From Macrostomum hystrix (lineage: Eukaryota > Animalia > Platyhelminthes): 64,000 nt of DNA. Position 1 is the first letter of the stretch, and each line of letters begins with the position of its first letter. Shown in pieces: positions 37,107-47,547 of this stretch. The notes below the pieces were generated by a model that was not told the origin of the DNA, ran no database searches, and saw nothing but the letters and a program-made list of their open reading frames with translations. The stretch is taken from positions 496,001 through 560,000 of the forward strand of contig CATNEN010000002.1 in the NCBI GenBank assembly GCA_950097015.1. Direction: 5' to 3'. The translations under genes and the position numbers were made by a program.

Positions 37107-37667
37107 CAAAGGACACAAATTCCTCCCTCTGGTTAAGACTAGAACCTTTGGACCTCGTGCTCCTCGTTCTCACCTTCCAGTGAAGCTGACTTATTTAGTT
37201 CAATCACTCGCGGCTGAGTTAACAGTGATTTAATTACCAAATAACCTATCTACTGTAAAAAATTAGCTGCTTAGCTACACACTTTCTCAGCCTGAAATGT
37301 CTGAAACAATTGCCTCAACTGTAGTTTGCGATCAGATTTTCTAATACCCTCTGAAAGAATTTGTCCCTTGTCTATGAGGTTGTATCGAATTTGTGCACAA
37401 TTTAAATTGAATTGCCCTCCACATGTACGAGATATTAACGTATGCCATTTATTTATCCATTAGATTCTCACTGACATCGACGAAGCCTAAAAAATCTAGA
37501 TTCTACTCGACATAAAATTAGGATGCAAATAAAAAATTCACAACAGAAACGCCAGCAACCATTACAACAAACAGGTTTTCTTCCGTTCTCAAATCCTAAA
37601 TTATTCAAAATATTTTTTCCTCACACGTCGCAAGATCATCGTGTACTCCAGCAGCGATCAGCGACTT

Positions 37668-40375
37668 TTAAATGGCCCTTACGATGAGATTCGGCGCCTC
37701 TGTTGCGTTACTAGCAGCCGCGGGAGCTGCAGGTGCACAGGCCAGCATGCCTTTGGGGTCGATGATGTTCAGCTCATTGCCCATCTGGCTGGCGTAGGTG
37801 GCAACGCCAACTGTGGCCCGTGTGTTCCACCGCTTGCCGGCGATGCAGCGCAGCAGCTTGACGCAGACGGCGCGATATCCGGCGCGGAACTCCTTGTTTG
37901 TGAGGCCGTAGACGATGAAGTTGACGCTGGAGTTGGTGTGCGCGAACAGGATTGCGTAGGCGTGCGTGTGAATCGGGAAACTGTCGTTCCAGTCGAGCGC
38001 CACGATGACAGCGTACGGAGCCCAGCAGACGGCGAACACAGCGAATACAAAGAACAGGGTGCGGGCGAGCCGAATCGAGTCCAGGCTGCCACCGGGCCGT
38101 TCGCTGGCGCTGGCGGATCCAGAGATCAGGACAGCGCCGGAGGTGCTAACCTGAAGACGGTGCACGCGAGCCGTCACCTGCCTGACGTGCAGGAAGATTC
38201 TGAAGTAGCAGATGAGGATCACGATGCTCGGCGTCACCACGGCGCAGCAGGAGAAGAAGATGGTGTAGGAGCGAGCGGCCATCCGGTTCCACACGCACGC
38301 AAAGTTCTTCCGGTCGTAGATGAAGTCGCCCCAGCCAACGAAGTTGGGGAACTCCAGGAACCAGCTCACGATCCACAGGCCCACACAGAGAGCCAATGTG
38401 CTGCGACGGCTGAACAACCTGGCGTAGCTGGCATTGTGGCAGATGAAGATGCAGCGGTTGACGGCCACCGCGGCGATGCTGAGCAGAGAGCAGTAGCAGG
38501 CCGTGAGGCAGGTCGACGCCACGAACTGGCAGAGGGCGGGCCGCTCGGCGAAGTAGATCTCGCCATCAACAACTCCTTGAGTACATTTAAACCATAGAAT
38601 TGACTTGAATTAGCTCTGCCTCGAAAAAAAATTGGAACTGACTTTTTGCTGACAAGTAGCCTAGTGGTCTAGCTTGTGGCTGACAAGTAGCCTAGTTGTC
38701 TAGCTTGTGGCTGACAAGTAGCCTAGTGGTCTAGCTTGTGGCTGACAAGTAGCCTAGTGGTCTAGCTTGTGGCTGACAAGTAGCCTAGTGGTCTAGCTTG
38801 TGGCTGACAAGTAGCCTAGTTGTCTAGCTTGTGGCTGACAAGTAGCCTAGTGGTCTAGCTTGTGGCTGACAAGTAGCCTAGTGGTCTAGCTTGTGGCTGA
38901 CAAGTAGCCTAGTGGTCTAGCTTGTGGCTGACAAGTAGCCTAGTGGTCTAGCTTGTGGCTGACAAGTAGCCTAGTGGTCTAGCTTGTGGCTGACAAGTAG
39001 CCTAGTGGTCTAGCTTGTGGCTGACAAGTAGCCTAGTTGTCTAGCTTGTGGCTGACAAGTAGCCTAGTGGTCTAGCTTGTGGCTGACAAGTAGCCTAGTG
39101 GTCTAGCTTGTGGCTGACAAGTAGCCTAGTGGTCTAGCTTGTGGCTGACAAGTAGCCTAGTTGTCTAGCTTGTGGCTGACAAGTAGCCTAGTGGTCTAGC
39201 TTGTGGCTGACAAGTAGCCTAGTGGTCTAGCTTGTGGCTGACAAGTAGCCTAGTGGTCTAGCTTGTGGCTGACAAGTAGCCTAGTGGTCTAGCTTGTGGC
39301 TGACAAGTAGCCTAGTGGTCTAGCTTGTGGCTGACAAGTAGCCTAGTTGTCTAGCTTGTGGCTGACAAGTAGCCTAGTGGTCTAGCTTGTGGCTGACAAG
39401 TAGCCTAGTGGTCTAGCTTGTGGCTGACAAGTAGCCTAGTGGTCTAGCTTGTGGCTGACAAGTAGCCTAGTGGTCTAGCTTGTGGCTGACAAGTAGCCTA
39501 GTTGTCTAGCTTGTGGCTGACAAGTAGCCTAGTGGTCTAGCTTGTGGCTGACAAGTAGCCTAGTTGTCTAGCTTGTGGCTGACAAGTAGCCTAGTGGTCT
39601 AGCTTGTGGCTGACAAGTAGCCTAGTGGTCTAGCTTGTGGCTGACAAGTAGCCTAGTGGTCTAGCTTGTGTTTACGAGTACGAGTACTCGTACTCGCGTA
39701 TGTTAGTTTAATTCATTAGTAAACCGACAGCCTTAATTTGTTGAGTAATAAGCTAGGTTCTCACCGGTAATGGCAAATGGATCGATTAAGGTAGTGACGC
39801 ACAGGTCAGCGATGGCCAGATTGACCACAAATAAGTTTCCAACGTGACGCAGCGTCTGCATTGTTCCAGTGAAAACGGAGAACATTGTTTTTACGTAACT
39901 AGTGCGCTGTAGGGGTAAGATAGCTATCACCAAACCACTGATGGTACCCATTTTACGACTGAATGAGCTGAATCAATGGTGAATAATGGGTCTTCTGATA
40001 AAACAGGAGCTTTAAATTAATTTCAATTTGGCGTTCAACTTACCTTGAGTAAGAAAATTGCGCAGATGACCAATATATTGCCGACTGTTCCCACGGTGGA
40101 GCCGAAAACCAACAGGAACATTCCTGGAAACGTGACCTCTGACGAGGAGTCAGGTAGGAATATGTGTGAGTTCGTGTGGGGAATAAGAATAAGGTGGGAA
40201 TATCTATGAGTTCATATGGGGAATATGGTGAGAATAACTGTGAGTTCGTGTGGACGGTAAGGTTTAGTCTTGTATATAGAAAGGTGGGTGAAACTTTGTA
40301 ATACCTACCTGGTACAATATGCAGAAGGCTTTGCATAGAATAGTTAAAACTCGGTGATAAACCAGCAATGTCCAT
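37668..40375 (-). CDS. Melatonin-receptor-like class A GPCR, copy 1, join(40375-40309,40138-40044,39855-39765,38575-37668), 386 aa
   Basis: GTVGN (TM1), GNLFVVNLAIADL (TM2), AVAVNRCIFICH (compare melatonin receptor NRY..ICH), FAVCWAP, NSSVNFIVYGLTNKEFR. All junctions are GT-AG and in frame. Confidence 0.88.
38648..39670. repeat. 31-bp minisatellite GTGGCTGACAAGTAGCCTAGT(G/T)GTCTAGCTT (~33 copies) in intron 3 of receptor copy 1
   Basis: Read directly; a single G/T variant position. Confidence 0.97.
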
Positions 40376-41661
40376 TACTGTTATGATGGTGAACGCTGAG
40401 CCTGATGTAGGACTAAAGCTGTTTGACTTTGAGTCCAAATGCGCGTCTAGCTGAATTAGAGAAAGAGACGGCACTTCAGGTGTGTCAAATCTGACGAAAA
40501 CCAATCGACAATCTGCATGCAATTGGAATTCGACAACTATAGTTGCTAGCCAATCAAAGAATTTCTTCTTGTCAACTAAACTGGGTGAGATTCTCTGAGA
40601 ATTTCCCAATCACAGCTCAGCTGCTAGCTGGATGATGGACAGGCATAACAATCATAGAATAATAATTTACAAACAAAGGTAATTAGCGTATAGGTCAGTA
40701 GTCCAACGATAATAACGCCTATTTTTGTACACGAACGAGTTTTTGCCTAAAAATAAAATGTCAAGCCCGTCACAGATATTCAATGGACAGGGTTGGATAA
40801 AAAACAAATGACCTTGGGATTAAAACTGTAAAATTCTGAGCCTTTTGTATCTAAAGCTAAAGAAAAGATTTAAAGCACACAGTTGGGCGTGAATTGTGCT
40901 CAAACTTTTAAAACAAAGGGTTGTTACTATCGCTGACAAGATTGATGATTGAAATTTTGGACCAACTGAGGAAGTTATTTTGCAGCTAACAAATAATTAA
41001 GCAATATCCAGATTTTGAAATCATTCCACTGTTATTCATAGTGAAGGAATAGGCAGGAAATACTCGTAGATATGACATGTATAATATAATATCCATACAG
41101 GTCATATCATCAAATTGGTGAGTTTCTGTGCGACAGCACTGCAGCACTGAATTGAACGAGAGCTTCGTGTTAACCTGGTTCTACCAGAGACAGCAAATGC
41201 AATCAAATAGCCAATTTGTGAAGCTATGCGACTTTCAAATGACTCTTTAATGTGTGGCATGCCATGTTACACTGTCTGACAATTAGACACTTAAGCTAGT
41301 GTGTACCTCATGAGCAATAGATTCTAAATTTGGTGCACATTGTGGCTTGATTTTCACGGATGCTTCAGTGGTGCAACTCTGTATAAAATCTGATTTTATG
41401 AGTGAACTGTGCTGATGTGAATGCGGAGTTGCGGAAACAGAAAAACATTTTGTGAAAAATATTTGATTACAAGTGCGTCACAATTTTTTCTCTCCAAATC
41501 ATTTTACCGTTTCGGTTTTAAAAATTTGAAAAAGCGTTAAAACAGCTTAAAATCCTCAAAAGATATCGCTACTTCATCATTTTAATTTAAATCTACATCC
41601 TATTCGATAAAATCATCAATAACTCGACTTCGCAGATTCATCTCGAAAAATTGCGCACTGC

Positions 41662-43937
41662 TCAATATTCGCTGTACATAGCCCTCTGCTGCTGGCTCTG
41701 CTGAATGTCGCCGTCTGATTCAGCGCTGGAGGCGGCGGTAGCGACATCTGGCGGACCAGAGGTCTCCTTGTCATTGTTCGTGGCCTCCAAACCCGATTTC
41801 TTGCCGCCGGCTTCCATCTTGACTCTCGGCTGCGGTTTCCAACGATTTCCTGAGATGAGGCGGAAAAACTTGATGATCACCAAGCGATATCCGGCGCGGA
41901 ACTCCTTGTTTGTGAGGCCGTAGACGATGAAGTTGACGCTGGAGTTGGTGTGCGCGAACAAGATCGCGTAGGCATGAGTGTGAATCGGGAAACTATCGTT
42001 CCAGTCGAGCGCCACGATGACAGCGTACGGAGCCCAGCAGACGGCGAACACGGCGAAGATGAAGAACAGAGTGCGGGCGAGCCGAATCGAGTCCAGGCTG
42101 CCACCAGGCCTGTCGCTACCGCCATTGTGGTTTCCTGTGCCGGCATGAACGGTGTTTGATCTGGTGTTGAACCTCAGCTTAAGGGCTCGAGCCATTGATT
42201 CTCTGACGTGCAGGAAGATCCTGAAGTAGCAGATGAGGATCACGATGCTCGGCGTCACCACGGCGCAGCAGGAGAAGAAGATGGTGTAGGAGCGAGCGGC
42301 CGTCCGGTTCCACACGCACGCAAAGTTCTTCCGGTCGTAGATGAAGTCGCCCCAGCCTACGAAGTTGGGGAACTCCAGGAACCAGCTCACGATCCACAGG
42401 CCCACACAGAGAGCCAATGTGCTGCGACGGCTGAACAACCTGGCGTAGCTGGCATTGTGGCAGATGAAGATGCAGCGGTTGACGGCCACCGCGGCGATGC
42501 TGAGCAGAGAGCAGTAGCAGGCCGTGAGGCAGGTCGACGCCACGAACTGGCAGAGGGCGGGCCGCTCGGCAAAGTAGATCTCGCCGTGCATTACACCTGT
42601 GTGGTATAAAACCGTAAGCTCGCTTGGCTGTTCGTTATACAAACGTTTTTGCCAGTCTGGTTGTGTGAAATGAAACCTGGATGCTATCTTATAATAATAT
42701 TGTTATAATTGCAGGTGGGCTGTTGGCAATGGCACATCATTTGGTGACACTAGACACCCAGCCATCGAGGAGGCAATTCTGCCCACTTCGCTGATTCCTG
42801 AGCACACACGCGCTCAGATCTGTGCGCAGGCACACGCTCACACAGGTGTGTACATCTGCCCTGACTTTCTCATCATCTGTAGACAGTGCACATCACCAGC
42901 CTCGGAGGTTGGCCCTCAAGGGCGTAAATTGCACGACAAGCCCCCAAACCTTCACTCCGCGGCTGCGGCCCAAATGAATGCGGCTTCGCCACGGAATCGA
43001 GCTTAGGGACCGTGGTGCAAGTGGCGAACGCGTTAACCGCTCTGCCACCGACCCCCCTTGATTCTATTTTATCGGAACCAATTTAATTTCGTCTGAAATA
43101 CCAAGGCCCGAAGTTATTAAACGAGTTCTTCAATAGCAATCCAAATTTGTGCTGTTTAGAGTTTTTATAGATTATGTTTGAGATATGGTTTGTTTACACC
43201 TTCATGTCTTGGAGTAAATTTTTCTATCTGGGTCCAAACGTCACTGAGCTCGAACCAAGAAGACTTGGGGGGGCTTGTCGAGCAGTTTGCTGTCGTGAAG
43301 ACCAAGCCCCAAGCCAACGCCGCCTGACAATGAGGAGTTATGTTAACATCCATAACATGGATAACATTAGCTAGCTGCTCACCAGTAATCGCCAACGGAT
43401 CAATAATGGTGGTAACGCACAAGTCTGCGATGGCCAGATTAACTACAAACAAATTGCCCACGTGGCGTAGTGACTGCAATAGAAATCGATTTATTTTAGA
43501 TTTGCTTTAAGAAGTAGCCTGTATACTGACGCTGGACTAAAATAAACTTTTTTGTTTTTACCTTCAGCAGGAGAATGGCACAGATGACCATTACGTTACC
43601 GACTGTTCCCACTGTTGAACCGATTGTCAGCAGAAGCAGGCCAGGAAATGTCACTTCTGAAAATTGTGGTCATATTTATTGTGGGACTTTTTTAAACAAG
43701 ATCAGTTGGGCCTGATGTATCGACAGTGGTACAGTTGCAACAACAGCGAGGAGCTTCAAAAGGCTGTGTACAGCTCTTCAGTCTGTGGACCCGAATACAC
43801 GCCAATTTCCACGCTAGCTTCTAACCGCTAGGCTACGATCGCTGTAAAACAGTTTGGTCAAACTATTTACCTGGTAAAATGTGCAGCAAGCTCTGCCTGG
43901 TGTAGTTGAAATTGGACGATAATCCAGCAATGTCCAT
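41662..43937 (-). CDS. Melatonin-receptor-like class A GPCR, copy 2, join(43937-43871,43656-43562,43473-43383,42596-41662), 395 aa
   Basis: Same motifs and the same lengths for exons 1-3 (67, 95, 91 nt) as copy 1; all junctions GT-AG and in frame. Confidence 0.88.
42707..43057 (-). mobile_element. tRNA-derived SINE family B, full length, in intron 3 of receptor copy 2
   Basis: Colinear with 33646-33999; A-box and B-box present on the reverse strand. Confidence 0.85.
43740..43830 (-). mobile_element. SINE family A, internally deleted remnant
   Basis: GTACAGCTCTTCAGTCTGTGGAC (3' part) joined to CTAACCGCTAGGCTAC (reverse complement of the head). Confidence 0.45.
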
Positions 43938-44569
43938 GATCTAATACTTCTGTGTTTCTTTTAATACTGGAATTTTTTATGGAATAAGGATCCCTCTTTG
44001 CTCCAACACCGATGCTGAAGCTTTTGTGGTTAACATTTTCTGGCTTTTATAGCAATCCCAGCACTCATTATGTAGCTTTCAATCATTCAGGCACTTGGAA
44101 AATGACTACATCGTTAGATTGTAGTGCCCGATAATTATTGCTTGCGTCAGAAATTTTAACCTACCTTGTTCGTTTGATTGAAATTCGGGCAAGTGACTCG
44201 AAGGTAAAATTTTTCATTTAGCTTAAACAATTAAAATTAATATAAAACACATTTTGCTGATTAAAAAATTCGTTCGTTTCTTGGCGGTAGGATTTTGTTT
44301 GATCGAATGCTAGTTTGTTATCCGCAATAATTAGCCATTTATCAATTAAATTAATACGCATGTGTCTAAAAGACTACTTATAGTATTAGAGATCTTGGAA
44401 ATTTCATAGCTGGGGCTTAAAAAGGTGTGTCTCCGCATACTGACCATGCAGCTCTCCATTTATTTCTTAACTCCGAGTTGAAAATTGCAAAAGTCTTTAT
44501 TTATTTTCTTCAATACAAGGAATTTTCATCGTCATTCTTTAATTAACAGTTCGAGAAATTTCATCAGGG

Positions 44570-45445
44570 TCTATTTCACATGGGCAACCACTCCGATATT
44601 TTTTTGCTAAAATTTCGCCTGCAAGTCAATTGCATTGTGCCAACAGACAGAATACTACAGAACAGGATGATTATTGCAAGGATACCAGTCTAATACTGCC
44701 TTTGTCCTAAAGTCAAACAATCATTTCATCCGGAGTCTTTGAAGTTGTATTGCCAAACTTTGGGTTTCACTGAGTGCATTGTTGGAATTCATTAATTTTA
44801 TAATCTAGTTTATGGCATGTACAAACAAAAAGAAAATCAACGAACAGGTGGCCCCACTCTGGATACAAATGGAAACAAAATTATATGATTTTAATTTTGT
44901 ATTCAGAGGGATGCAATCGGCTGACATTCCGCAACCGTCAGTCCAATTGACACGAACCATGCTGCAGCTGGGCTGTCTGCCGGAATCCATTGGGCACAGC
45001 AGAGACACGTTCACAAGGACTAGATCACCGAGTCTCAAATGTTTCAGCCCAGGTTTGCATCGCTCAATCTTGTTCGAGACGGCGGCACAAGTAGAAAAAT
45101 AAGCATGGTTTGCTTCTGCACAGGAATGAGAGATGCCCAGTGTTTTAGAGAGAGTAGAACAAGTCCATATTACAAGTCCAAAAATATTCAGTTCGGAATA
45201 TTACGAACGCATAGCAATTTTAAGGCTCAATGAGATCAATGAGATACGAAAGCTCACCTTCTGTGATATCCAAGCCGTTGAAGGATGAGAATGAACTCCC
45301 TCGACGCTGCCGAATGAGAATGTGCTCAGTCGGCTGCAATGTGAGTTGTGATGAATGTACTTTAGAAAACTCATCTGATCAATCTGGACTCTCAGTCGAG
45401 TCAGTGGAGAGTGCAGTTACCAGTGGAATGGCTGTCCTGTTGCAC
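44570..45445 (-). pseudogene. Chimeric, internally deleted fragment of the Ig-like receptor genes
   Basis: 44570-44730 matches the intron at 62205-62352. 44740-45445 matches 54790-54984 plus 55501-55985, with the intervening 516 bp (a donor site and at least one exon) missing. Confidence 0.65.
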
Positions 45446-45460
45446 CGCTTCTGTTGTCCT

Positions 45461-46117
45461 TTCTCCGTCCTGTTTCAACACAAAGAAAAATGGCTTTGAG
45501 AGGCCGAACGCAAAGCTTCGATGCAGCTGATTTCTGTTGAGGTGCTGCGCCTCGTTGCGGGCAGAATCATTGTTTACAATGCACGCTAGCTCTATCCACA
45601 GTGCATTAAAACTGCCAAAATCGGCACACCGATGGACCAAAACGGTATTTAGCAGCAATAGCTGACAGGGCTGCTTTCCATTCCCGACCCTTGGCGGATC
45701 AATATATAAAAGGCAGCTTGACTGAAACACAAACCCGAATTTCTTAATTAGCAGCAGAAGCTCGAGTGCCACCTTCCTTAGCTGCAACAAAAAATGCCGA
45801 GCTTTTGTCAACTGTCTTCTTGGCAGAGCTTCTTGTGGTCCTGGGTCTGCTGCTGCTGCTGCTGCTGCTGCTTGTGTGGTAAGAATGCTGCGATACTGAA
45901 CTCAATCCTCGATCACAAATGCTCAATCAAGTAACGAACGGCAACCTAACAGACTTACAAACCAGCAACTCGTTAAATGGTTTATTAAACAGCTATGTAT
46001 TCTTAGAAATTCAAGAAAAAACTAAATAAAAATTTAGTCTTCTTGCAAAACTTGAAATTCCCTAACCTAATAATGCGACAGCTGTCACAGCCATTTCAGT
46101 TGGCAGTGAGTTCAATT
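45461..46117 (-). repeat. ~660-bp dispersed repeat containing a (CAG)n tract, copy 1
   Basis: Reverse complement of 56595-57258; the paralogous MTKARH... ORFs lie on opposite strands. Confidence 0.8.
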
Positions 46118-47547
46118 ATTAATTTATTCAATCGGTCACAAGCAATCATTGTCACCAGTTGATACGAGCGTATGCCATTTACTGCAGCCCTCCTGCAAAT
46201 ATTTTTAATTCTGAATCCGATTCCAATACTCCAAATGATATTCCAAACTTATAAACTTCGGCTAGCACACAATTTCAGAGCCAAAGTGGCGTGAACTCTG
46301 GCTCTGCATGATCGTTGCCTGAAGCCTGAAGACATGCCTGATTACAGTTGGTGCCACGAATGGCGCAACTTTATTATTTCGCTGTTTATTACACTGAAAA
46401 GTTGCATTGAAAATTGCCCTTTAGACTGCTATATTTAAATATGCTTTCATCAAACGCAACAAATCGATTTCTTAAATAAATGGCTACGCATATTGTAGCT
46501 CGTATCTCTAATAGTTCATTTGAAATCTAATAAAATATGGCAGTGCGCTTAATGCATGCGGAACAGCTCGACCAGAGGAAGATAATTCACTAAACAACGT
46601 AATAAGTAGCTCGATGCATGCAGTACAGCTCAAAAAGATTAGCTCAGAAAGTCTGTTTTCAATTGGAGTTGCCACAAGCATCAGAATATTTCTAATATGG
46701 AATGAAAAATCTCGAATATGGAAGCAAAACTATTGGGATTTCATGGCTGGCATGCACACCGTTTATTGGGATAACTAACAGTCCTATTACTACGAGCTCA
46801 TAGAACAAGTTATTATTGAGGTGCGCACGCCGATTGGGTGCTGATTTTTTTTGTTTATTTTATGTTTGAGGTTAAACAAATCGATTTTTTAAAGAGAAGG
46901 CGATAGGAAAACAGTAGCATGCGTAATTTTAGGTTAATAAAATATCTGAAAAAAACAAATTTTTGAAATAAACAAAGGCATTAAAACAAAAAATGAAATA
47001 TTGACATTTAAAGAGAAAATTAAAACTGACCGAAAGGAGAATAGCTATTGTGTTTTCGCATTCTAACTATGGGCCTCAGGGCGCAGTGGCTTTTTATCTA
47101 GCTTTAATTATGCTTTCTATGTTGTCCAAAAAACTTTCTGTTAATTCTGTGCTTTCCTGTGTCATTAAATACACAATTTTGTCATCAGCTGTTAGGCTTT
47201 CGAAATTTCGAACAGTACCTGCTACTTTCTCTATGAAAGTAGCAAGTGATCGAAGTCCTTTAGTAATAGTGCGGAACAGGAATACGATTGAAGCATAATA
47301 AGCAAGGCATACTTTGATAATAACAATCACACACAGTTTTCAGCTCACTCCACAGGCTGTTTTGGAGCTTAATCAGCACACCAAGAATGGCTACTAGTTG
47401 AACCCAGTCTCATAACCTCAGTCACTAGAAAAAATTCAGAGTCTAATAAGTGCTAACTGCAGCACTCAATGTAATTTTTCAATTTCTTTCTTCAATGACA
47501 GTTAGCAGACCTCATGAACCAGCACGTCACTGCGAGCTTGACGAAAG

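Noticed and set aside
37641-38597. 318-aa plus-strand ORF (and 42208-42609)
   Set aside because: Antisense shadow of the GC3-rich GPCR exon.
45401-45811. MTKARH... ORF pair (also 56907-57329) as a gene family
   Set aside because: Both lie within a dispersed repeat, with no splice context or domain, and their C-termini diverge at the repeat boundary.
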